DNA of 64,000 nt from Nemertoderma westbladi (lineage: Eukaryota; Animalia; Xenacoelomorpha), in contig JAUCBJ010005016.1 of assembly GCA_032718475.1 (NCBI GenBank), positions 159,187-223,186 of the forward strand, read 5' to 3'. Positions within the stretch are counted from its first letter, which is position 1. Every line of letters begins with the position of its first letter. This document shows, piece by piece, positions 1-13,700 of this stretch. The notes beneath the pieces are model-generated. The model searched no databases. It worked only from the letters and a program-made list of their open reading frames with translations, and was not told the origin of the DNA. The position numbers were made by a program, and so were the translations under genes.

Positions 1-226
1 ACCAACAAGGGACCCATTAGCGAGATCTACAGGCGATGTTCCATAATGTTCAAATTCATTATTTATCTTTCCCAGGTAAGGAATGTCCTGTTTAGGAAGT
101 AAATGTTCCTGGATAAAAACAATGTCACATGATTCACAGAGTTTATCTAAAACTAGACGACTGCTACCGGTTCGTACAGAGTTTGCATTGTATGATCCTA
201 TTCTCATTATCATTCTCATTCTCATT

Positions 227-3200
227 ATGGAGCGGGAGTATATGACGTAGTTTGTAGAAGAGACCACCAGTCCTAGTGGAGCGGGAGTATATGATGTAGT
301 TTGTAGAAGAGACCACCGGTCCTAATGGAGCGGGAGTATATGACGTAGTTTGTAGAAGAGACCACCAGTCCTAGTGGAGCGGGAGTATATGATGTAGTTT
401 GTAGAAGAGACCACTGGTCCTAATGGAGCGGGAGTATATGACGTAGTTTGTAGAAGAGACCACCAGTCCTAGTGGAGCGGGAGTATATGATGTAGTTTGT
501 AGAAGAGACCACCGGTCCTAATGGAGCGTGAGTATATGACGTAGTTTGTAGAAGGGACCACCAGTCCTAGTGGAGCGGGAGTATATTACGTAGTTTGTGG
601 AAGAGACCACTGGTCCTAATGGAGCGGGAGTATATGACGTAGTTTGTAGAAGAGACCACCAGTCCTAGTGGAGAGGGAGTATATGACGTAGTTTGTAGAA
701 GAGACCACCGGTCCTAATGGAGCGTGAGTATATGACGTAGTTTGTAGAAGGGACCACCAGTCCTAGTGGAGCTGGAGTATATGATGTAGTTTGTAGAAGG
801 GACCACTGGTCCTAATGGAGCGGGAGTATATGGCGTAGTTTGTAGAAGAGACCACTGGTCCTAATGGAGCGGGAGTATATGATGTAGTTTGTAGAAGAGA
901 CCACTGGTCCTAATGGAGCGGGAGTATATGACGTAGTTTGTAGAAGAGACCACCGGTCCTAATGGAGCGAGAGTATATGATGTAGTTTGTAGAAGAGACC
1001 ACTGGTCCTAATGGAGCGGGAGTATATGACGTAGTTTGTAGAAGAGACCACCAGTCCTAGTGGAGCGGGAGTATATGACGTAGTTTGTAGAAGAGACCAC
1101 CGGTCCTAATGGAGCGGGAGTATATGATGTAGTTTGTAGAAGAGACCACCAGTCCTAGTGGAGCGGGAGTATATGACGTAGTTTGTAGAAGAGACCACCG
1201 GTCCTAGTGGAGCGGGAGTATATGACGTAGTTTGTAGAAGGGACCACCGGTCCTAATGGAGCGGGAGTATATGATGTAGTTTGTAGAAGAGACCACTGGT
1301 CCTAATGGAGCGGGAGTATATGATGTAGTTTGTAGAAGAGACCACTGGTCCTAATGGAGCGGGAGTATATGATGTAGTTTGTAGAAGAGACCACTGGTCC
1401 TAATGGAGCGGGAGTATATGATGTAGTTTGTAGAAGAGACCACCAGTCCTAGTGGAGCGGGAGTATATGACGTAGTTTGTAGAAGAGACCACCAGTCCTA
1501 ATGGAGCGGGAGTATATGATGTAGTTTGTAGAAGAGACCACTGGTCCTAATGGAGCAGGAGTATATGATGTAGTTTGTAGAAGAGACCACTGGTCCTAAT
1601 GGAGCGGGAGTATATGATGTAGTTTGAAGAAGAGACCACCAGTCCTAGTGGAGCGGGAGTATATGACGTAGTTTGTAGAAGAGACCACCGGTCCTAGTGG
1701 AGCGGGAGTATATGACGTAGTTGGTAGAAGGGACCACCGGTCCTAATGGAGCGGGAGTATATGATGTAGTTTGTAGAAGAGACCACTGGTCCTAATGGAG
1801 CGGGAGTATATGATGTAGTTTGTAGAAGAGACCACTGGTCCTAATGGAGCGGGAGTATATGACGTAGTTTGTAGAAGAGACCACCGGTCCTAATGGAGCG
1901 AGAGTATATGATGTAGTTTGTAGAAGAGACCACCAGTCCTAATGGAGCAGGAGTATATGATGTAGTTTGTAGAAGAGACCACTGGTCCTAATGGAGCGGG
2001 AGTATATGATGTAGTTTGTAGAAGAGACCACTGGTCCTAATGGAGCGGGAGTATATGACGTAGTTTGTAGAAGAGACCACCGGTCCTAATGGAGCGAGAG
2101 TATATGATGTAGTTTGTAGAAGAGACCACTGGTCCTAATGGAGCGGGAGTATATGACGTAGTTTGTAGAAGAGACCACCAGTCCTAGTGGAGCGGGAGTA
2201 TATGATGTAGTTTGTAGAAGAGACCACTGGTCCTAATGGAGCGGGAGTATATGACGTAGTTTGTAGAAGAGACCACCAGTCCTAGTGGAGCGGGAGTATA
2301 TGATGTAGTTTGTAGAAGAGACCACCGGTCCTAATGGAGCGTGAGTATATGACGTAGTTTGTAGAAGGGACCACCAGTCCTAGTGGAGCGGGAGTATATT
2401 ACGTAGTTTGTAGAAGGGACCACTGGTCCTAATGGAGTGGGAGTATATGACGTAGTTTGTAGAAGAGACCACCAGTCCTAGTGGAGCGGGAGTATATGAC
2501 GTAGTTTGTAGAAGAGACCACTGGTCCTAATGGAGCGGGAGTATATGACGTAGTTTGTAGAAGAGACCACCAGTCCTAGTGGAGCGGGAGTATATGATGT
2601 AGTTTGTAGAAGAGACCACCGGTCCTAATGGAGCGTGAGTATATGACGTAGTTTGTAGAAGAGACCACCAGTCCTAGTGGAGCGGGAGTATATGATGTAG
2701 TTTGTAGAAGAGACCACCGGTCCTAATGGAGCGTGAGTATATGACGTAGTTTGTAGAAGGGACCACCAGTCCTAGTGGAGCGGGAGTATATTACGTAGTT
2801 TGTAGAAGGGACCACTGGTCCTAATGGAGCAGGAGTATATGACGTAGTTTGTGGAAGAGACCACCAGTCCTAGTGGAGCGGGAGTGAATGACGTAGTTTG
2901 TAGAAGAGACCACTGGTCCTAATGGAGTGGGAGTATATGACGTAGTTTGTAGAAGAAACCACCAGTCCTAATGGAGCGGGAGTATATGACGTAGTTTGTA
3001 GAAGGGACCACTGGTCCTAATGGAGCGGGAGTATATGACGTAGTTTGTAGAAGAGACCACCAGACCTAATGGAGTGGGAGTATATGGCGTAGTTTGTAGA
3101 AGAGACCACCAGTCCTAATGGAGCAGGAGTATATGACATAGTTTGTAGAAGGGACCACTGGTCCTAATGGAGCGGGAGTATATGACGTAGTTTGTAGAAG

Positions 3201-5477
3201 GGACCACTGGTCCTAATGGAGCGGGAGTATATGACGTAGTTTGTAGAAGGGACCACTGGTCCTAATGGAGCGGGAGTATATGACGTAGTTTGTAGAAGAG
3301 ACCACCAGACCTAATGGAGTGGGAGTATATGGCGTAGTTTGTAGAAGAGACCACCAGTCCTAATGGAGCGGGAGTATATGACGTAGTTTGTAGAAGGGAC
3401 CACTGGTCCTAATGGAGCGGGAGTATATGACGTAGTTTGTAGATGGGACCACCGGTTCTAATGGAGCGGGAGTATATGACGTAGTTTGTAGAAGAGACCA
3501 CCGGTCCTAATGGAACGGGAGTATATGACGTAGTTTCTAGAAGAGACCACCGGTCCTAATGGAGCGGGAGTATATGACGTAGTTTGTAGAAGAGACCACC
3601 GGTCCTAATGGAGCGGGAGTATATGACGTAGTTTGTAGAAGGGACCACTGGTCCTAATGGAGCGGGAGTATATGACGTAGTTTGTAGAAGAGACCACCAG
3701 TCCTAATGGAGCGGGAGTATATGACGTAGTTTGTAGAAGAGACCACCGGTCCTAATGGAGCGGGAGTATATGGCGTAGTTTGTAGAAGAGACCACCAGTC
3801 CTAATGGAGCGGGAGTATATGGCGTAGTTTGTAGAAGAGACCACCGGTCCTAATGGAGCGGGAGTATATGACGTAGTTTGTAGAAGGGACCACCGGTCCT
3901 AATGGAGCGGGAGTATATGACGTAGTTTGTAGAAGGGACCACTGGTCCAAATGGAGCGGGAGTATATGACGTAGTTTGTAGAAGGGACCACTGGTCCTAA
4001 TGGAGCGGGAGTATATGACGTAGTTTGTAGAAGAGACCACCAGACCTAATGGAGTGGGAGTATATGGCGTAGTTTGTAGAAGAAACCACCAGTCCTAATG
4101 GAGCGGGAGTATATGACGTAGTTTGTAGAAGGGACCACTGGTCCTAATGGAGCGGGAGTATATGACGTAGTTTGTAGATGGGACCACCGGTTCTAATGGA
4201 GCGGGAGTATATGGCGTAGTTTGTAGAAGAGACCACCGGTCCTAATGGAGCAGGAGTATATGACGTAGTTTGTAGAAGGGACCACCGGTCCTAATGGAGC
4301 GGGAGTATATGACGTAGTTTGTAGAAGAGACCACCGGTCCTAATGGAGCGGAAGTATATGACGTAGTTTGTAGAAGAGACCACCGGTCCTAATGGAGCGG
4401 GAGTATATGACGTAGTTTGTAGAAGAGACCACCGGTCCTAATGGAGTGGGAGTATATGACGTAGTTTGTAGAAGGGACCACTGGTCCTAATGGAGCGGGA
4501 GTATATGACGTAGTTTGTAGAAGAGACCACCGGTCCTAATGGAGCGGGAGTATATGACGTAGTTTGTAGAAGAGACCACTGGTCCTAATGGAGCGGGAGT
4601 ATATGGCGTAGTTTGTAGAAGAGACCACCGGTCCTAATGGAGCAGGAGTATATGACGTAGTTTGTAGAAGGGACCACCGGTCCTAATGGAGCGGGAGTAT
4701 ATGGCGTAGTTTGTAGAAGAGACCACCGGTCCTAATGGAGCTGGAGTATATGACGTAGTTTGTAGAAGGGACCACCGGTCCTAATGGAGCGGGAGTATAT
4801 GATGTAGTTTGTAGAAGTGACCACCGGTCCTAATGGAGCGGGAGTATATGACGTAGTTTGTAGAAGAGACCACCGGTCCTAATGGAACGGGAGTATATGA
4901 CGTAGTTTGTAGAAGAGACCACCTGTCCTAATGGAGCGGGAGTATATGACGTAGTTTGTAGAAGGGACCACTGGTCCTAATGGAGCGTGAGTATATGACG
5001 TAGTTTGTAGAAGAGACCACCAGTCCTAGTGGAGCGGGAGTATATGATGTAGTTTGTAGAAGAGACCACTGGTCCTAATGGAGCGTGAGTATATGACGTA
5101 GTTTGTAGAAGGGACCACCAGTCCTAGTGGAGCGGGAGTATATGGCGTAGTTTGTAGAAGGGACCACTGGTCCTAATGGAGCGGGAGTATATGACGTAGT
5201 TTGTGGAAGAGACCACCAGTCCTAATGGAGCGGAAGTATATGACGTAGTTTGTAGAAGGGACCACTGGTCCTAATGGAGCGGGAGTATATGATGTAGTTT
5301 GTAGAAGAGACCACCGGTCCTAATGGAGCGGGAGTATATGACGTAGTTTGTAGAAGAGACCACCGGTCCTAATGGAGCGGGAGTATATGGCGTAGTTTGT
5401 AGAAGAGACCACCAGTCCTAATGGAGCGGGAGTATATGGCGTAGTTTGTAGAAGAGACCACCGGTCCTAATGGAGCG
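227..5477. repeat. 49-bp satellite array, left block (~107 monomers)
   Basis: Tandem consensus TCCTAATGGAGCGGGAGTATATGACGTAGTTTGTAGAAGAGACCACCGG (49 nt), with variation at a few fixed positions. The ~79-aa minus-strand ORFs are translation artefacts of the repeat. Confidence 0.98.
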
Positions 5478-7701
5478 TGTTACGGTATATGGCGCTGTAC
5501 TTACATTATTAGCCATTATACAGTATAATATATTGGTCCATTATGCAGTATAATATATTAGTCCGTTATACTGTATGCAATATTAGTCCGTTGTGCAGCA
5601 TAATATTTTAGATAAGGCATAATAGCGCAGTGATGTTTAGATAGGGAAATCGAAACGGCCATATATTTTGAACCCATCCATTTTGTATAGTATGTAGCCT
5701 TACCTACGTAATTTTGTATTAGGATATAGGTAGATAGTTCCAGGGTAGCAAGTTCAGTTGGACCCTGGATTTTGTGCTTGCTGTTATTAGCTTCAATAGG
5801 GCTAGCATAGGGACGCTGTCCTGGCCATTCAGCAGCCAGGGACATGATCCATTACCATATATGGTAATAATTTGAGGGTTGGGAAGCAATAGGGCTACAA
5901 TCCGGCCTCCTTATTGGACTAACTGCTTCCAGGTTGGTCTAATGCTAGCGCGGACTGGAGAGCCAATAGGAGAGCGATTGAGTCACCCTATTGCATCACC
6001 CCACTCGGATCACCTATAAATTGGCGGTGTGCCGGTAGAGCTGTACCTATCACCAACCTTATTCTCCTACAATCCCTATTCACTTTTTGATGGATAATTT
6101 AGCGTATTTCTGCAATTTGCTATTTTCGATTAATTTCTCAAAATGATTTGCTAGTGCGATTATTCTTGATTGTGTTTCTCAATTAATCCTATCGATTACT
6201 GCTAATTACAACCGGAACTATGATTTCTATCTTTTGTTAATGGTTCTATGTGATTCCTTTCTACGCAATAATCCTAAGGGATTTCTGAGACTGTCAGACT
6301 TTGTGATTTGCATGCGCCGCTACGGTAGCTATTAGCATAATGGAGGGCTAAGGTGCCAGTAGGCGGTGGGCTCATCGGGGGGTTAGCGACGAAGGGAGTG
6401 CGGAGGATTCAAAGGCGGGCAACGCTGGCGGGGGTCAACGTTGCGGTCGGGCAATTTGGACTGTGGGTTGGAGACCGCTCGCCGGTACAGTAATTAGGGG
6501 GCTGATGATCCAAGGTTTTGTCTCTATTTAGTATTAGGGGGGCAGGAATTGGGTTAGTTAGGAAGCCTAGATGTACCCGGGAGGGGCCTGCATACCTTAC
6601 AGTAAGTGAGTAAGTTGCGAGTAAGTAGATTGCGAATTAGTCAATTGCGAATTAATACGTTGCGAATTATATAATTGCAGATTGTATAATTGCAAGTCGT
6701 GCTATTGTGATCTGTGATTGCTGACGCTGATTGGTGTGTTACTGAAGTGTGCCTATGATTACGAATGCTGAGGTAGGCGCCCCTTTCTCTTTGATTGATT
6801 TCTATTTCTTAGTTACAACAAATAATTACTGATTAGGTCAAAGTAATACGGCATTTTAGGCTATTACTAGCGAAACCTGTTGTGTAATAAATTTGAATTA
6901 CGCATTCTGGAACTCTTAGTAATTAGTGCGCTGTTACATATTTGTGACTGTAATTGATTAGTAAAATTAAGAATTAGTACGCAGCATAGCGGAGAGTAGC
7001 TAAGGTAATAATTTAGAGTACCGTAAACTATTCACGCTAAGCGGTTATTTGCATTAGCGGGCAATAAACTAGATCGCAGTAGTCAGTACGCAAGACACTA
7101 GTAAGTTGCTGGCCTAAAGCCAGCTGCAGGCAAGTTTAGACCCAGAGCGGTATCACCTATGAAAGACATTGTACTGTACCATTTTTGATTATTTTAAATA
7201 TTCTCGCATTCACACATTCTGTTAGGGAACCCTCAGTATTCGCGATTAGAAAAGACGTAAGCATTGGCGTATTTCAGTAGTAAAATTAGGCGTAAGAATA
7301 CTCTGAGTGCAAAGCCCCTCGCACTCGTCTTAAGTAAGCTTAGGGAGCCGACTCGGGTTTATTGTTTTGGTTATTCCCGCGTGGCTCATAGATTCGAACA
7401 GTTAGCTCTCTATCGAGCGATCGGTAGAGAAAGGAACAAGCGATTTTGCAGGAGTTGTGTAAATTTAGTAAAATATATTAGCGGACGGCAGATTAGCGCC
7501 ATCCAACGGTAAGTAGCTGTTTTGTATTTAGCAACCCTTACAATTTAGTAATAGCACACTCCTGATCCCCTTTACTTAACAGTAGAGCAGTCTTTGTGTC
7601 TTATTGGTTAGGCGAGAGCTCATTAGGTTGGCAGAGAGGTATACGGGTATTTGTCTGTTCAACAGTTCTGCTGTTAGTATAGGTGTCGCGGTTGTTTAAC
7701 A
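5478..7701 (+). mobile_element. Putative solo LTR (2224 bp) inserted in the satellite
   Basis: Termini TGTTA...TAACA, flanked by GAGCG (5473-5477) and GAGTG (7702-7706), i.e. a 5-bp TSD with one mismatch. The satellite resumes in phase. CCAAT (~5963), TATAAA (~6015) and later AATAAA motifs lie on +. No credible ORF or internal direct repeat was seen. Confidence 0.8.
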
Positions 7702-10700
7702 GAGTGGGTGTATATGACGTAGTTTGTAGAAGGGACCACCGGTCCTAATGGAGCGGGAGTATATGACGTAGTTTGTAGAAGAGACAACCAGTCCTAATGG
7801 AACGGGAGTATATGACGTAGTTTGTAGAAGAGACAACCAGTCCTAATGGAACGGGAGTATATGACGTAGTTTGTAGAAGAGACCACCGGTCCTAATGGAG
7901 CGGGAGTATATGATGTAGTTTGTAGAAGAGACCACCGGTCCTAATGGAGCGGGAGTATATGACGTAGTTTGTAGAAGAGACCACCGGTCCTAATGGAGGG
8001 TGAGTATATGACGTAGTTTGTATAAGGGACCACTGGTCCTAATGGAGCGGGAGTATTTAACGTAGTTTGTAGAAGAGACCACCGGTCCTAATGGAGCGGG
8101 AGTATATGACGTAGTTTGTAGAAGGGACCACTGCTCCTAATGGAGCGGGAGTATATGACGTAGTTTGTAGAAGAGACCACTGGTCCTAATGGAGTGGGAG
8201 TATATGACGTAGTTTGTAGAAGGGACCACTGGTCGTAATGGAGCGGGAGTATATGACGTAGTTTGTAGAAGAGACCACCGGTCCTAATGGAGCGGGAGTA
8301 TATGACGTAGTTTGTAGAAGAGACCACCGGTCCTAATGGAGTGGGAGTATATGGCGTAGTTTGTAGAAGAGACCACCAGTCCTAATGGAGCGGGAGTATA
8401 TGGCGTAGTTTGTAGAAGAGACCACCGGTCCTAATGGAGCAGGAGTATATGACGTAGTTTGTAGAAGGGACCACCAGTCCTAATGGAGCAGGAATATATG
8501 ACATAGTTTGTAGAAGAGACCACTGGTCCTAATGGAGCGGGAGTATATGACGTAGTTTGTAGAAGAGACAACCAGTCCTAATGGAACGGGAGTATATGAT
8601 GTAGTTTGTAGAAGAGACCACCGGTCCTAATGGAGCGGGAGTATATGACGTAGTTTGTAGAAGAGACCACCGGTCCTAATGGAGCAGGAGTATATGACGT
8701 AGTTTGTAGAAGAGACCACCGGTCCTAATGGAGTGGGAGTATATGACGTAGTTTGTAGAAGGGACCACTGGTCCTAATGGAGCGGGAGTATATGACGTAG
8801 TTTGTAGAAGGGACCACTGGTCCTAATGGAGCGGGAGTATATGACATAGTTTGTAGAAGGGACCACTGGTCCTAATGGAGCGGGAGTATATGACGTAGTT
8901 TGTAGAAGGGACCACCAGTCCTAATGGAGTGGGAGTATATGACGTAGTTTGTAGAAGAGACCACCGGTCCTAATGGAGCGGGAGTATATGACATAGTTTG
9001 TAGAAGAGACCACCAGTCCTAGTGGAGCGGGAGTATATGACGTAGTTTGTAGAAGAGACCACCGGTCCTAATGGAGCGGGGGTATATGACGTAGTTTGTA
9101 GAAGAGACCACCAGTCCTAATGAAGCAGGAGTATATGACGTAGTTTGTAGAAGAGACAACCAGTCCTAATGGAACGGGAGTATATGACGTAGTTTGTAGA
9201 AGAGACCACCAGTCCTAGTGGAGCGGGAGTATATGACATAGTTTGTAGAAGAGACCACCGGTCCTAATAGAGCGGGAGTATATGACGTAGTTTGTAGAAG
9301 AGACCACCAGTCCTAATGGAGCGGGAGTATATGACGTAGTTTGTAGAAGAGACCACCAGTCCTAATGGAGCGGGAGTATATGACGTAGTTTGTAGAAGAG
9401 ACCACCGGTCCTAATGGAGCGGGAGTATATGACGTAGTTTGTAGAAGAGACAGCCGGTCCTAATGGAGCAGGAGTATATGACGTAGTTTGTAGAAGAGAC
9501 CACCGGTCCTAATGGAGCGGGAGTATATGACGTAGTTTGTAGAAGAGACCACCAGTCCTAGTGGAGCGGGAGTATATGACGTAGTTTGTAGAAGAGACCA
9601 CCGGTCCTAATGGAGCGGGAGTATATGACGTAGTTTGTAGAAGAGACCACCGGTCCTAATGGAGCAGGAGTATATGACGTAGTTTGTAGAAGAGACCACC
9701 GGTCCTAATGGAGCGGGAGTATATGACGTAGTTTGTAGAAGAAACCACCGGTCCTAATGGAGCAGGAGTATATGACGTAGTTTGTAGAAGAGACAGCCGG
9801 TCCTAATCGAGCAGGAGTATATGACGTAGTTTGTAGAAGAGACCACCTGTCCTAATGGAGCGGGAGTATATGACGTAGTTTGTAGAAGAGACAACCGGTC
9901 CTATTGGAGCGGGGGTATATGACGTAGTTTGTAGAAGAGACCACCGGTCCTAATGGAGCGGGAGTATATGGCGTAGTTTGTAGAAGGGACCACTGGTCCT
10001 AATGGAGCGGGAGTATATGACATAGTTTGTAGAAGAGACCACCGGTCCTAATGGAGCGGGAGTATATGACGTAGTTTGTAGAAGGGACCACCAGTCCTAG
10101 TGGAGCGGGAGTATATTACGTAGTTTGTAGAAGAGACCACTGGTCCTAATGGAGCGGGAGTATATGGCATAGTTTGTAGAAGAGACCACCAGACCTAATG
10201 GAGTGGGAGTATATGACGTAGTTTGTAGAAGAGACCACCAGTCCTAGTGGAGCGGGAGTATATGACGTAGTTTGTAGAAGGGACCACTGGTCCTAATGGA
10301 GCGGGAGTATATGACGTAGTTTGTAGAAGGGACCACCGGTCCTAATGGAGCGGGGGTATATGACGTAGTTTGTAGAAGAGACCACTAGTCCTAATGGAGC
10401 GGGAGTATATGACGTAGTTTGTAGAAGAGACCACCAGTCCTAGTGGAGCGGGAGTATATGACGTAGTTTGTAGAAGGGACCACTGGTCCTAATGGAGCGG
10501 GAGTATATGACGTAGTTTGTAGAAGGGACCACCTGTCCTAATGGAGCGGGAGTATATGACGTAGTTTGTAGAAGGGACCACCGGTCCTAATGGAGCGGGG
10601 GTATATGACGTAGTTTGTAGAAGAGACCACTAGTCCTAATGGAGCGGGAGTATATGACGTAGTTTGTAGAAGAGACCACCAGTCCTAGTGGAGCGGGAGT

Positions 10701-13700
10701 ATATGACGTAGTTTGTAGAAGGGACCACTGGTCCTAATGGAGCGGGAGTATATGACGTAGTTTGTAGAAGGGACCACCTGTCCTAATGGAGCGGGAGTAT
10801 ATGACGTAGTTTGTAGAAGAGACCACCAGTCCTAATGGAGCGGGGGTATATGACGTAGTTTGTAGAAGAGACCACCGGTCCTAATGGAGCGGGAGTATAT
10901 GACGTAGTTTGTAGAAGGGACCACCGGTCCTAATGGAGCGGGGGTATATGACGTAGTTTGTAGAAGAGACCACCGGTCCTAATGGAGCGGGGGTATATGA
11001 CGTAGTTTGTAGAAGAGACCACCAGTCCTAATGGAGCGGGGGTATATGACGTAGTTTGTAGAAGAGACCACCGGTCCTAATGGAGCGGGGGTATATGACG
11101 TAGTTTGTAGAAGAGACCACCAGTCCTAGTGGAGCGGGAGTATATTACGTAGTTTGTAGAAGAGACCACTGGTCCTAATGGAGCGGGAGTATATGACGTA
11201 GTTTGTAGAAGAGACCACCGGTCCTAATGGAGCAGGGGTATATGACATAGTTTGTAGAAGAGACCACCAGTCCTAGTGGAGCGGGAGTATATTACATAGT
11301 TTGTAGAAGAGACCACTGGTCCTAATGGAGTGGGAGTATATGGCGTAGTTTGTAGAAGAGACCACCAGACCTAATGGAGTGGGAGTATATGACGTAGTTT
11401 GTAGAAGAGACCACCTGTCCTAGTGGAGCGGGAGTATATGACGTAGTTTGTAGAAGGGACCACTGGTCCTAATGGAGCGGGAGTATATGACGTAGTTTGT
11501 AGAAGGGACCACCAGTCCTAATGGAGCGGGGGTATATGACGTAGTTTGTAGAAGAGACCACCAGTCCTAGTGGAGCGGGAGTATATTACGTAGTTTGTAG
11601 AAGAGACCACTGGTCCTAATGGAGCGGGAGTATATGGCGTAGTTTGTAGAAGAGACCACCAGACCTAATGGAGTGGGAGTATATGACGTAGTTTGAAGAA
11701 GAGACCACCAGTCCTAGTGGAGCGGGAGTATATGACGTAGTTTGTAGAAGGGACCACTGGTCTTAATGGAGCGGGGGTATATGACGTAGTTTGTAGAAGA
11801 GACCACCGGTCCTAATGGAGCGGGGGTATATGACGTAGTTTGTAGAAGAGACCACCAGTCCTAGTGGAGCGGGAGTATATTACGTAGTTTGTAGAAGAGA
11901 CCACTGGTCCTAATGGAGCGGGAGTATATGGCGTAGTTTGTAGAAGAGACCACCAGACCTAATGGAGTGGGAGTATATGACGTAGTTTGTAGAAGAGACC
12001 ACCAGTCCTAGTGGAGCGGGAGTATATGACGTAGTTTGTAGAAGGGACCACTGGTCCTAATGGAGCGGGAGTATATGACGTAGTTTGTAGAAGGGACCAC
12101 CGGTCCTAATGGAGCGGGGGTATATGACGTAGTTTGTAGAAGAGACCACTGGTCCTAATGGAGCGGGAGTATATGACGTAGTTTGTAGAAGAGACCACCA
12201 GTCCTAGTGGAGCGGGAGTATATGACGTAGTTTGTAGAAGGGACCACTGGTCCTAATGGAGCGGGAGTATATGACGTAGTTTGTAGAAGGGACCACCAGT
12301 CCTAATGGAGCGGGGGTATATGACGTAGTTTGTAGAAGAGACCACCTGTCCTAATGGAGCGGGAGTATATGACGTAGTTTGTAGAAGAGACCACCAGTCC
12401 TAATGGAGCGGGGGTATATGACGTAGTTTGTAGAAGAGACCACCGGTCCTAATGGAGCGGGAGTATATGACGTAGTTTGTAGAAGGGACCACCGGTCCTA
12501 ATGGAGCGGGGGTATATGACGTAGTTTGTAGAAGAGACCACCGGTCCTAATGGAGCGGGGGTATATGACGTAGTTTGTAGAAGAGACCACCAGTCCTAAT
12601 GGAGCGGGGGTATATGACGTAGTTTGTAGAAGAGACCACCGGTCCTAATGGAGCGGGGGTATATGACGTAGTTTGTAGAAGAGACCACCAGTCCTAGTGG
12701 AGCGGGAGTATATTACATAGTTTGTAGAAGAGACCACTGGTCCTAATGGAGCGGGAGTATATGACGTAGTTTGTAGAAGAGACCACCGGTCCTAATGGAG
12801 CAGGGGTATATGACATAGTTTGTAGAAGAGACCACCAGTCCTAGTGGAGCGGGAGTATATTACATAGTTTGTAGAAGAGACCACTGGTCCTAATGGAGTG
12901 GGAGTATATGGCGTAGTTTGTAGAAGAGACCACCAGACCTAATGGAGTGGGAGTATATGACGTAGTTTGTAGAAGAGACCACCTGTCCTAGTGGAGCGGG
13001 AGTATATGACGTAGTTTGTAGAAGGGACCACTGGTCCTAATGGAGTGGGAGTATATGACGTAGTTTGTAGAAGGGACCACCAGTCCTAATGGAGCGGGGG
13101 TATATGACGTAGTTTGTAGAAGAGACCACCAGTCCTAGTGGAGCGGGAGTATATTACGTAGTTTGTAGAAGAGACCACTGGTCCTAATGGAGCGGGAGTA
13201 TATGGCGTAGTTTGTAGAAGAGACCACCAGACCTAATGGAGTGGGAGTATATGACGTAGTTTGTAGAAGAGACCACCAGTCCTAGTGGAGCGGGAGTATA
13301 TGACGTAGTTTGTAGAAGGGACCACTGGTCTTAATGGAGCGGGGGTATATGACGTAGTTTGTAGAAGAGACCACCGGTCCTAATGGAGCGGGGGTATATG
13401 ACGTAGTTTGTAGAAGAGACCACCAGTCCTAGTGGAGCGGGAGTATATTACGTAGTTTGTAGAAGAGACCACTGGTCCTAATGGAGCGGGAGTATATGGC
13501 GTAGTTTGTAGAAGAGACCACCAGACCTAATGGAGTGGGAGTATATGACGTAGTTTGTAGAAGAGACCACCAGTCCTAGTGGAGCGGGAGTATGTGACGT
13601 AGTTTGTAGAAGGGACCACCGGTCGTAATGGAGCGGGGGTATATGACGTAGTTTGTAGAAGAGACCACCGGTCCTAATGGAGCAGGGGTATATGATGTAG

